DNA from: an uncultured Alphaproteobacteria bacterium
Lineage (GTDB): Bacteria > Pseudomonadota > Alphaproteobacteria > CAAHEQ01 > UBA3637
DNA length: 64,000 nt
NCBI GenBank assembly: GCA_944392555.1
Contig: CALXWZ010000001.1
Span: 1,810 to 65,809 of the forward strand
Direction of reading: 5' to 3'
Shown here: in pieces, positions 17,899 to 26,501 of the stretch
Layout of the letters: each line of letters opens with the position of its first letter
How positions within the stretch are numbered: position 1 is the stretch's first letter
The notes under the pieces: model-generated
What the model saw: the letters and a program-made list of their open reading frames with translations, nothing else
Databases searched by the model: none
Told to the model about the DNA's origin: nothing
Made by a program: the position numbers and the translations under genes

Positions 17899-18498
17899 CT
17901 AGAATATATCTGGTTTGGGTATCTTGATAAAATTTAAAATATTGTAGATATTTTCTATATCAGCTTTATCATTATCCCATAACAATGATTTACATCCTGC
18001 CTGAGAAGCGCAAAAAAAATCCGATTTAATGCTGTCCCCGATATGTAATATATCACCACAATTAATCGACATTTTTTCAGCACAATATTTAAAAAACAAG
18101 GGGTTTGGTTTTACAACACCAATTTCATTTGAATAAAAGAATGCAGATATAAAACTTAAGACATTTATAAAAGAAACTGTATTCTTTGAAAAACAATGCC
18201 TATTTGAGGCAATAATAATTTGATATCGATTATTTCTTAGCAAAGCAAATAATGAGCCAACAAATGGACGTAAGGGAGTAATTTTTTTATGGGCATAAAA
18301 ATTTTTTATATTTTGGATCTGATATTCTGTTAAGTACTTTAATAATAATTGTTCTTTTTTCAAGGAGTAATCTTTTGTTGTATAGATAATACTTTTTATT
18401 TCTTCTTTAAAAGGACTATCCTTTAAAAGGTTTTGCATAAAGCCTTTTTCTGTATCAATAAGTGTTCCACCAACATCAAAAGAAATGACTTTAACCAT
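17899..18498 (-). CDS. HAD-superfamily hydrolase
   Basis: N-terminal ISFDVGGTLID (motif I region), VKPNP (motif III Lys) and HIGDSIKSD (motif IV). 199 aa. Start abuts the stop of the upstream PHP gene. Confidence 0.65.
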   Translation of the reverse strand: MVKVISFDVGGTLIDTEKGFMQNLLKDSPFKEEIKSIIYTTKDYSLKKEQLLLKYLTEYQIQNIKNFYAHKKITPLRPFVGSLFALLRNNRYQIIIASNRHCFSKNTVSFINVLSFISAFFYSNEIGVVKPNPLFFKYCAEKMSINCGDILHIGDSIKSDFFCASQAGCKSLLWDNDKADIENIYNILNFIKIPKPDIF

Positions 18499-19656
18499 TT
18501 AATTCACTTTAAATATTTTGTTTTTTGCGTTGAAAATGTATCGTTCTAATTTATGCAGACTCATGTTATAAAACTCCAAATCATCGTAAACAGACTCATT
18601 TAAAGCATGCATATCTGAACCGATAATCTCGATTAACCCACAATCAGCAGAAAATTTTTCAAACTGAGATGGGCTATTGTACTTATTCTTATAATTTTTC
18701 TCAATACCTATCAATCCACCACCTATGGACAAAACATCCTTTACGAGAAACAACGCTTTCTCTGTCGGATGCGCAAATGAGGCGATACCGGATTGATTTA
18801 GTTCAAAAATTGAAGGCTGATTATATTCATTAACAGATAAACTACCGGATATAGGATAATCTGGAAACTTATCATCATCAAGACCTCTAACAGCTAATAT
18901 GGATAATAAAAATCGATTAGTTTCTTTTGATGTATTATCTGCATACTTTTTATCAAGAATCTGAAATCTTTTTTCTTTTATTGTTTTTCTCTGTTCGCAA
19001 GGATCAGTTAGATTATCCTTTTTTAATTGATCATATAATTCTGTATTGGATATTTTATATTTTTTTAATTTTTTGCTTATATACTCAATCAACGGCCAAT
19101 AATCAGGAAGAGTAATATGTTGCTCTTGTAAAAATTTAAGAAAATCAAACTCTGAAATTTCCGAAATATTATTTCCTAGTATTTTTTGTAGAGACACCGA
19201 ATGCTGTAACCTAGAAATTTGAATGCTTGCTCTATAAAAATATGAATTTTCTAGTTTTTTTATATCTTTTCTTAAATCTATGTCCATCGGATTAATAAAA
19301 TGTTTTAGAATATGGCACATTTCACCATAAACGGGATAACTAACAGTATGCTCTATTCCTGGAATTAAAATAGGAAAGGAATCTTCATGTAAAACGGGAT
19401 AAAATTTATCATATAACTCATCATAGGCTGAAACACTATCATGATCCGTTATACTTATTATTTCAAATTTCTTTTCTCGTGTGTTTTTTAAAATATCATA
19501 AATAGACTGGGAGGCATCTGATGAGTGATTAGAATGAATATGCCAATCAACTCGCACAAAAGACTCCTGCTTTAATCTCTTTTTTTTACATAATTCCTCA
19601 ATTTTAGCAATTGCCTTTTTGTTGTATTCGTCCCAAAAGGATATCTTGTTAGTCAT
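18499..19656 (-). CDS. PHP-domain metal-dependent phosphoesterase (385 aa)
   Basis: VRVDWHIHSNHSSDASQSIYDIL...ISITDHDSV is the canonical PHP motif I/II (D.H.H...S.D ... ITDHD). Start overlaps the GrpB stop (ATGA). Confidence 0.7.
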   Translation of the reverse strand: MTNKISFWDEYNKKAIAKIEELCKKKRLKQESFVRVDWHIHSNHSSDASQSIYDILKNTREKKFEIISITDHDSVSAYDELYDKFYPVLHEDSFPILIPGIEHTVSYPVYGEMCHILKHFINPMDIDLRKDIKKLENSYFYRASIQISRLQHSVSLQKILGNNISEISEFDFLKFLQEQHITLPDYWPLIEYISKKLKKYKISNTELYDQLKKDNLTDPCEQRKTIKEKRFQILDKKYADNTSKETNRFLLSILAVRGLDDDKFPDYPISGSLSVNEYNQPSIFELNQSGIASFAHPTEKALFLVKDVLSIGGGLIGIEKNYKNKYNSPSQFEKFSADCGLIEIIGSDMHALNESVYDDLEFYNMSLHKLERYIFNAKNKIFKVN

Positions 19657-20180
19657 ATTTTTGTACTTTTAGCTAAATTTAATACATGTTGAATAAACGC
19701 ATTTTTTTCAGCGGTGTATTTTTTCCTTTCATTTTTATACTGATCAGCGATACTTCTTTTTAGATTCTCATATTGCTGCGCGAATTTGGGATATTTTAAC
19801 AAATAATCTCTAAATAAAATGTGATTATTCCAATAAGTACTATTCAATACCTCCACATGAATATAATGTGTTCTGCAATTCGGCATTCCCTTCCTTGCTA
19901 AAATTTCGCCACATTTCTCTATAGAATCCAAAACATCATATCCGTTTTGTTGAAAAACAGGAATAAGTTTTTCCAATGTTTTTTCATCTTTAACTGCAAC
20001 AGCAATATCCAAAATCGGTTTAGCGCTAAGACCTGGGATAGACGTGCTTCCGACATGTTCAATAGATAAAGCGTCTTCTCCAAGAATTTCTTGTAGGAGC
20101 GTTTTTTCTTGCAAAAAAGCTTGGGGCCAATCTTTGCAATATGCTACTAATTCTACCTTGTCTTTGTGTAATCCTAGCAT
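19653..20180 (-). CDS. GrpB-family (UPF0157) nucleotidyltransferase-fold protein
   Basis: EHVGSTSIPGLSAKPILDIAV matches the GrpB hG[ST]...PGL.AKPIIDI nucleotidyltransferase motif. 175 aa. Confidence 0.7.
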   Translation of the reverse strand: MLGLHKDKVELVAYCKDWPQAFLQEKTLLQEILGEDALSIEHVGSTSIPGLSAKPILDIAVAVKDEKTLEKLIPVFQQNGYDVLDSIEKCGEILARKGMPNCRTHYIHVEVLNSTYWNNHILFRDYLLKYPKFAQQYENLKRSIADQYKNERKKYTAEKNAFIQHVLNLAKSTKI

Positions 20181-20289
20181 GGCATCCTCCTCATGTTATT
20201 AATATTGATCTAATTATAAAAAAAAACTTTATTTTTGCAATACGTTGTTATATAATTTTTTGAGTATTATGATTAATGGGGGAGTGCTG

Positions 20290-21171
20290 ATGATGGATTT
20301 ACATGTGCATAGTAGCGTTTCTGACGGCTCTTTCTGTCCGGAAGACTTGATACTTTATGCACAAATACATGGAATAACAACTCTGGCTATCGCAGATCAT
20401 GAAACAATTATTCATTATAACGAATATTCCCAGTTTGCAGATCATTTTAATATCACCCTTATCCCCGCTATAGAGATAAATGTTTCTGATTGTAAGAATT
20501 TACACATTTTGGGATATTATATTGAAAATAGAGCCCAATTGGAAGAAACTATATTAAAAATACGGAAAAAGAACCAGGAAATTTGCTACAATGTATTAGA
20601 ATCTTTAAAAAAAGAGTTCGGTATCAGCTTAAATCCACTTGAAACTGTTTCATATAGCCCAGACAGAATATTAGATAAGAAAGCCATTACAAAAGCCATA
20701 TTAAATCAAGGATATGCCACAAATGTTAAGGATGTATATGACAAATATATCGGTCCTGGAGCAAAATCATATATTCCTATAGAAAAAATGACAGCGCAAA
20801 AAGTTATTCAATTAATCCATGATAATAAAGGGGTTGCAGTATGGGCTCATCCATATACAATATCACGAGCAGATGGGAGTAGTATTATTGGCGCTGAGTT
20901 TGACCAAATGGCAAAGAAGCTTATAGATTATGGGATAGATGGTGTAGAAGTATTTACATCTAAACATTCTAAGGAGCAAACATCATACTTAGCCTCTTTA
21001 GCAAAAAGGAATAATCTTGTTGTTACAGGAGGATCTGATTTCCATTCAGAAGACGTCCATCAAATTGGATGCCCCGAGCTAACCCAAAAACATATCGAAA
21101 AGTTACAATTAAAGGCTCGACGTTATAATCGATTGTTTAATTTTCAACTACAAAATAGAAGTAGAGGCTAA
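20290..21171 (+). CDS. PHP-domain phosphoesterase, TrpH/YciV-like
   Basis: MMDLHVHSSVSDGSFCPEDLILYAQIHGITTLAIADHET matches TrpH-type PHP N-terminal motifs. RBS GGGGGAG precedes ATGATG. Divergent from the GrpB operon. Confidence 0.75.
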   Translation: MMDLHVHSSVSDGSFCPEDLILYAQIHGITTLAIADHETIIHYNEYSQFADHFNITLIPAIEINVSDCKNLHILGYYIENRAQLEETILKIRKKNQEICYNVLESLKKEFGISLNPLETVSYSPDRILDKKAITKAILNQGYATNVKDVYDKYIGPGAKSYIPIEKMTAQKVIQLIHDNKGVAVWAHPYTISRADGSSIIGAEFDQMAKKLIDYGIDGVEVFTSKHSKEQTSYLASLAKRNNLVVTGGSDFHSEDVHQIGCPELTQKHIEKLQLKARRYNRLFNFQLQNRSRG

Positions 21172-21172
21172 A

Positions 21173-21604
21173 ATGCATAAATACACCTTGTCTGATATAC
21201 AAAAATACTCAAAAAAATACCTTATCAATAAAGAGGATATTATATATATTTTATTGAATATTTTAGGGGTACGATGCAATACTAATATGCCTCGCATTAG
21301 AGCAAATATCAGATTGCAAGATAAATCTGAATATTTTTACTTTGGGCTAGCAAATAATCCCCATTCACCATTTCACTTAGAAAAAGGCAAAGTTTACTTC
21401 CAAAATGATAACATTGCTGAAATAAAAGGTATTGAAAACGATGATTGCGCTTCAAGCTATTTTAGGAGAAATAAAACAGTTCTAACAATTAATTCAAATA
21501 AACGTAGTAATTGCCGAGGCTGTCAATTTTGTCCCAATAATTTAGAATTGAATAGTGAAGATGAAAATCTCAACACAACAAGTAAGTTAAAAAAAACATT
21601 TTGA
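21173..21604 (+). CDS. hypothetical protein with C-x2-C-x2-C motif (N-terminal part of a gene split at an A7 tract)
   Basis: NCRGCQFCP cysteine motif. Stop TGA at 21602. Removing one A from the run 21590..21596 gives ...SKLKKHFEDILKEVQKEDLSFLERITICTGCF..., fusing it to the next ORF. Confidence 0.4.
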   Translation: MHKYTLSDIQKYSKKYLINKEDIIYILLNILGVRCNTNMPRIRANIRLQDKSEYFYFGLANNPHSPFHLEKGKVYFQNDNIAEIKGIENDDCASSYFRRNKTVLTINSNKRSNCRGCQFCPNNLELNSEDENLNTTSKLKKTF

Positions 21605-21635
21605 AGATATATTAAAAGAAGTCCAAAAGGAAGAT

Positions 21636-22244
21636 TTGTCGTTTTTAGAAAGGATTACAATTTGTACTGGTTGTTTTAAAAATGAGCAAGAAACCTTAGA
21701 TCATATTTTAATGGTTTACGATGTTGTAACAAGTCTTGCTTTCCCTGGTATCATTCATTATATCGGATCACAGATTCAAGCCCCAGATGCCTTCAAAAAA
21801 ATTCGAGAAACAATCCGTTATTTTATGTACACATTTACAATTGAATGCTTTTCAAAACGGCGACACATTTTAAGGCCATCTAAGGCAGAAATAACTCTAA
21901 ATAAATATAAAAGCCTCATGCGTTTGGCATTGGAAAATAGATTTATAGTTAATTATATATACATTTTAGGTATCGATTCTTTTTCTATTTTTCAAAAATA
22001 TACTCAAGAGTTTCGAGAATATACTAATTATTTCCCTTCTATAAATTTATTTCAGCCACATGAATTAAAACATTATACACTTTGTTCAAAAGATGCCAAT
22101 CGACTTGATTACTATTTAAAAAGCAGAGTTTTCTTAGAAAATATGTATGCAGATTCAAATATGTTTCCGGTCTCTTGGGAATGTTATCGTCCTTTATGGT
22201 ATTATACTTTTAAATCACAAAAAAACACTTCTATAAGGATTTAA
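21636..22244 (+). CDS. hypothetical protein (C-terminal part of the split gene; track start is TTG)
   Basis: No ATG; the frame is open back to 21591 and joins ORF 21173..21604 by a 1-nt slip at the A7 run. Contains ICTGCF. Confidence 0.4.
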   Translation: MSFLERITICTGCFKNEQETLDHILMVYDVVTSLAFPGIIHYIGSQIQAPDAFKKIRETIRYFMYTFTIECFSKRRHILRPSKAEITLNKYKSLMRLALENRFIVNYIYILGIDSFSIFQKYTQEFREYTNYFPSINLFQPHELKHYTLCSKDANRLDYYLKSRVFLENMYADSNMFPVSWECYRPLWYYTFKSQKNTSIRI

Positions 22245-22245
22245 T

Positions 22246-24264
22246 ATGGGACAAGATATTATTCTATTAAAAAAATACATAAAACTAGCAAATTACTTAA
22301 CAGTTTTGTGTATGTATTTAAAAAATAATTTTTTCTTGGAAAGACCTATAGATTTATCCGACATAAAAGAAAAGCCCACAGGACATTGGGGGAATGCCTC
22401 CCAAATCAATTTTTTGTATCCTCATATAAACTATTATATAAAACGGCATTCATTAAAAGATGTATCTTTAGTTATTGGAGCCGGTCATGCCGGCATTCCA
22501 TTCTTGATCAATACATTTTTAGATGGATCATTAGAACGTTTTTATGGTAAAAAGATGCCACTTCAAAAATTAATTATCAACTTTTCTGGTCCTTTAGGAT
22601 TTAGGAGTGAAATAAATCCAACTTATCCTGGGACTATTTATGCTGGTGGTGAATTAGGATATTCTCTTCCAACAGCCATGGGGTATCTTTTTAAGAATCC
22701 AAAGAAAACAATATTTTGTCTGGTTGGGGATGGGGAGGCTGAATCGGGTGGTATCGCTGCTTCATGGGATTATCCATATTTTTTAAAACCCAAAACAGAT
22801 GGGGTTCTTGTTCCTATTCTTAATTTAAATAAATTTAAAATGGGATCACCTTCATTATTTGCAAATTACACTCAAAAACAATTAAAGCATTTTTTTTCTA
22901 GCCATCGCTTGAAGGCATATTTTGTTTCAAAAAGACACATATCTTTTATAAAAACATTAGAAAAAATACATCAAGATATAATAAATTGGAGGAATGGTAC
23001 AAATCAATATTTACCAATTATTATCTTTTGTTCTATGAAAGGTGATGATGCCCCTGTTTTTTCAAAAGATGCAATACTAAACAGTTTAAAATCTCATAAA
23101 AACCCATTGCCCAATATATACCGAGATAGAGAAAAAATAAAATTATTAACTGCCTGGTTAGAAAAACATTTTTTGCCTGAATTTTCATCTTTTTCAAAAA
23201 TATCAAATCGGAACTTCAAGGAAATCTTGCCAAAGCCCGGATATACATTAGGTGATTTTCAGCCAACTAAAAATGTGCAAAAACCATTATTATTGAAACT
23301 AAATAAAAATACTTCTTGCTCTATTAAAGATATGGATACTATGATTAATCAATATGCGACCCAAAAGAAACTTTTAGTATTTTCTCCTGATGAACTGAAC
23401 TCTAACAAACTTACAAAAACAGCCTCATCTTCATATAGTTTTGAAATATTAAATGAACAAATTTGCCAAGCTTGGCTATTTGGAAATGCTATTGCTGGGA
23501 AAAAAGGTCTTTTATCAAGCTATGAAGGATTTATGCCTGTAATTGATAGTATGTTATTGCAGGTCATAAAATTTATAGAAGAACGAAAAAAAATAAAACA
23601 CCTTCCGCCTATACCCTCATTGAATTATATCCTAACGAGTGTATGGTGGGAAAATTGTTATTCACATCAAAATCCGGGTTTTATTTGTTCTGCTATTAAT
23701 TTTGGGTGTCCTTTTGTGGATATTCAATTTCCGATAGACACAACAAGTGCTGTTTTGGGGTTGCATAAAAACCTCAACACAACAAATAAAATCAATATTA
23801 TGTCTTTATCAAAAAGAGAACATTCTTGCATAATGTCACCCCAAAAAGCAAAAAAGCTTATTAAAAATGGTTTTTTGGAGTTCTATGATTCGCAAGATTT
23901 CAATTTAGTATTTTTTGTTATGGGGGATGCCCTATATGCAGAAGCAGAAAAAATTAGAAAAAGTTTAAAAAAACACAAAAAGATTTATTCTAAGATACTA
24001 TATTTTTATAATGTTTTTAGCTTAATTAATTTATCAGAAAAACAATTGGTTAAAATAACACAAAATAAGCATATTTTATTTTTCTTCCCAGGATACATAA
24101 ATGCGATAAAAGGAATTATGTTTAATAAAATATCAAAAGAAAAAATATCTTTTTACGGATATTCTAATAAATACATATCAGGAAACACTACGCAAAAAAT
24201 AGAAGCGAATGGTATAGCTTATAAAAATATAGTCAAAGAGCTTCAACATCTAAGATTGCTGTAA
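22246..24264 (+). CDS. divergent phosphoketolase-family (XFP-like) thiamine-diphosphate enzyme, 672 aa
   Basis: PTGHWGNASQINFLYPHINYYIKRH...LVIGAGHAGIPFLINTFLDGS...YPGTIYAGGELGYSLPTAMGY...IFCLVGDGEAESGGIAASWDY...DGVLVPILNLNKFKMGSPSLFA are collinear with the XFP N-terminal signature (GHWGTTPGLNFIYAHLNR...GPGHGGP...EGGELGYSL...VGDGEAETGPLA...DGAVLPILHLNGYKI). The C-terminal half is very divergent and ~120 aa shorter than canonical XFP. Confidence 0.65.
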   Translation: MGQDIILLKKYIKLANYLTVLCMYLKNNFFLERPIDLSDIKEKPTGHWGNASQINFLYPHINYYIKRHSLKDVSLVIGAGHAGIPFLINTFLDGSLERFYGKKMPLQKLIINFSGPLGFRSEINPTYPGTIYAGGELGYSLPTAMGYLFKNPKKTIFCLVGDGEAESGGIAASWDYPYFLKPKTDGVLVPILNLNKFKMGSPSLFANYTQKQLKHFFSSHRLKAYFVSKRHISFIKTLEKIHQDIINWRNGTNQYLPIIIFCSMKGDDAPVFSKDAILNSLKSHKNPLPNIYRDREKIKLLTAWLEKHFLPEFSSFSKISNRNFKEILPKPGYTLGDFQPTKNVQKPLLLKLNKNTSCSIKDMDTMINQYATQKKLLVFSPDELNSNKLTKTASSSYSFEILNEQICQAWLFGNAIAGKKGLLSSYEGFMPVIDSMLLQVIKFIEERKKIKHLPPIPSLNYILTSVWWENCYSHQNPGFICSAINFGCPFVDIQFPIDTTSAVLGLHKNLNTTNKINIMSLSKREHSCIMSPQKAKKLIKNGFLEFYDSQDFNLVFFVMGDALYAEAEKIRKSLKKHKKIYSKILYFYNVFSLINLSEKQLVKITQNKHILFFFPGYINAIKGIMFNKISKEKISFYGYSNKYISGNTTQKIEANGIAYKNIVKELQHLRLL

Positions 24265-25046
24265 AGCTAATTCAACATAATTTTCAAGTTCTTTATCGCT
24301 TTTTATTTCTTTTAGTTTTTGATTCAGTGCTATAGATATCTTCTGTGTATCTTCAGATATAATAATACATGGATAATTTGTTTTTTCATTGATTCCAAGA
24401 GCGGCAAGATGCCTAGTTCCATATCCCAGCTTCTTTTTCGTTTGGCTTAGGGGCAGGATAGTTCCGGCAGATTTTATTTTATTATTATTAATAACAATAG
24501 CCCCATCATGTAATGTGCTCTTTGGGTAGAAAATAGATAAAATGAGCTCATATGAAATTAATGCATTTAACTCAACCCCTTTATTTTCAAAAGCATAATG
24601 ATCATCATCATTTTGAAAGACTATTAATGCGCCGATTTTTTTTGCTGAAAATGTAGTAATGCTTTTATAATTTCTTGAGTATTTTGATTTTTTTCTATAT
24701 TTTTACATTTTTTCCTAGTTACAATAGATAGTATTCCATTCCCAAGTTTTTTAACTTTAGATATAAAAACAATCGAAAAATACTGAAATAACAGGAAATA
24801 TAATCCAATTTGGAAAAAGATCCATATATCAATAATAGAGGGCATATTATAACAAAGCGATAATATCTCAAGTAAAAGCAGCCCTAAAAACAGGAAAAGA
24901 TTTCCATAGATGACCTCTGTATCTGTTTTATTCTGTGAAAAAACTAAGCAAAGCACCACCGTAATCAAATAAAATATAAGGAGCGGAAATAATATTGTCA
25001 TATTGTCACCACTATATTTAACAAACAATACCTTTTCTATTATCAC
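24250..25046 (-). pseudogene. cdaA: CdaA-type membrane diadenylate cyclase (3 TM + DAC/DisA_N domain) interrupted by a frameshift at a T8 (A8 on coding strand) tract at 24636..24643
   Basis: Track ORF 24624..25046 encodes three predicted TM helices. In the +1 frame downstream (not listed in the track) the DAC domain reads KKIGALIVFQNDDDHYAFENKGVELNALISYELILSIFYPKSTLHDGAIVINNNKIKSAGTILPLSQTKKKLGYGTRHLAALGINEKTNYPCIIISEDTQKISIALNQKL, carrying canonical LHDGA, GTRHRAA and (I/V)VSEETG motifs. One extra A in the 8-A run restores a full ~265-aa CdaA. Converges on, and overlaps, the XFP-like gene by 15 nt. Confidence 0.7.
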
Positions 25047-25206
25047 ATAAAAAAAATAATTTCACAAGACCATTATTATATTTTAGAAATATAATACCAT
25101 CTTATTATCATTAAACAAATTCTAAATTTATTTTCTTAAAATTCCAAAAGAAATGTTTTAAATTCAAAATATCAAAAAATAAAAGCATTTCTTATCCCGA
25201 TATATT

Positions 25207-25404
25207 TCATAAAATAGTATAACGCAAAAACGGATATTTTAGAGCATAGGCAATACGCCCGATATAAAACTCTTTCTTTTGAACATCGCAATCAGTTCCA
25301 AAATAATGTTTCCATTGACGGCGAAGTTCGGAAAGAGGCAAAGTTTCTAATTGAGCAATTTTTAATGCTAATTCCATTTCAGACTCCTTCTTGGTTAACT
25401 TCAT
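25207..25404 (-). CDS. small protein, possibly DUF2924-like (family associated with serine-recombinase integrative elements)
   Basis: LPLSELRRQWKHYFG....KKEFYIGRIAYALKY resembles the LxELRxxxxxLFGE...RRIAWRLQ N-terminal pattern of DUF2924. Short (65 aa). A second 51-aa ORF (~25378..25530) lies just upstream and starts 15 nt after the direct repeat. Confidence 0.3.
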   Translation of the reverse strand: MKLTKKESEMELALKIAQLETLPLSELRRQWKHYFGTDCDVQKKEFYIGRIAYALKYPFLRYTIL

Positions 25405-25544
25405 TGTTATGAATGCTTGGATTTTTATTTATATCCAGTTCTTTCTCGATATATTTGTCTTTTTCTTGCGCTTCTAAAAACACTAAAAAATCAGCCAAAA
25501 TCAGTTTTACAAAATTTTCAATTTGGGTCATCTTGACCTCCTTT

Positions 25545-25600
25545 CAAAAGGTAAAAAGCCCGGAAGTCGATTTTTGCTCCCCAAAAAATGCAAAAAAAAT
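25545..25600. repeat. ~55-bp direct repeat, copy 2; right boundary of the AT-rich cassette
   Basis: 35-nt core identical to 17583..17617; overall ~93% identity over ~55 bp. Weaker similarity extends ~35 bp further (TTATAACTAATTGATTTTG vs TTGTAACTTATTGATTTTT). Confidence 0.8.
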
Positions 25601-25900
25601 TGGATTATTTTATAACTAATTGATTTTGCGTGATTAAAAATTAAAGTTCCCAACTACTGCCGTGAACTGCTTGATAGGATAGGAAAAAAAGAGAAGGCCT
25701 AAAAATGCGTTTTTAAAGTGTAGCAAGGTTTGACAGGTATATGTGACTGAAGTTCACTTGGCACATATCTGATAAGTATATTTTTTAACAGGAAAGTATA
25801 TGCTAAACGGAAATAATTGCGCGGTCACGAGTTATTCGGGCAAAAAACGTAGTCTTGAAAAGTGGCTGTCCTAGGGCTTTGTAGGGGAATAAGACAACAA

Positions 25901-25933
25901 AAAAAGCGGAAGTATATTCTTCCGCTTTTTTAT
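25901..25933. terminator. rho-independent terminator hairpin (GCGGAAG-tatatt-CTTCCGC) flanked by A-run and T-run, so potentially bidirectional
   Basis: aaaaaGCGGAAGtatattCTTCCGCttttttat. Confidence 0.55.
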
Positions 25934-26383
25934 ATTGGTCGGGTTGACCCACCAAAATCGAGAAAAAGATACCACTTTTTTAGCGCACAAAATTGAGGAC
26001 CATCTTTTCCTTATTTTATAAGGCTTTTGGGCACATTTTCAAAACGCAGAGGGCAACAGTTCTAATCCGCACTGGTGGGGTTGACCTTCGGTTGCGAACC
26101 TCAAAGATAACACATTGATTTTTAATAAAAAGATACTTGTAGATTGCTTTTAATGCACAATTTGATATCAAAAGATAGGAACTCTTTTGAGTTCCTATCT
26201 ACTAAACTACTTCCTAATTTTTATTGGGAAAGCAGTCCTTCCATATTGGCTAGCATAAATACGCCGGCCTTTTATGGTTATCCACTTTACGAAACGAATT
26301 TCGTATTCATGGTCTAAAGGATATTTTGACATTTTTTACTCCTTTAAAATGTTCCCTACATTTAACAATCTTATCAAAGTTCT

Positions 26384-26498
26384 TGACAAGCTACCTAAAA
26401 AGGAGTAAATTATTCCTGTCGTGGATCCTTTTTAGTGACACCTAGTAGTAGGTTTGACTAGAATGATTCTTGAAAGGCTGTTATTGACGTAACGGCCT
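26384..26498 (+). ncRNA. candidate small RNA: sigma70-like promoter (TTGACA-17-TAAATT) followed ~55 nt later by a terminator hairpin with T-run
   Basis: TTGACAagctacctaaaaaggagTAAATT at 26384..26412. Hairpin AGGCTGTT-attgacgt-AACGGCCT followed by TTTTTTATT at 26463..26498. No ORF >9 codons between them. Lies in a 900-bp ORF-free region. Confidence 0.25.
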
Positions 26499-26501
26499 TT
26501 T

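Noticed and set aside
21173-22244. Radical-SAM assignment for the CxxCxxC protein
   Set aside because: The Cys spacing (Cx2Cx2C) is not the canonical Cx3Cx2C and no glycine-rich SAM motif was recognised. Left as an unspecified Cys-motif protein.
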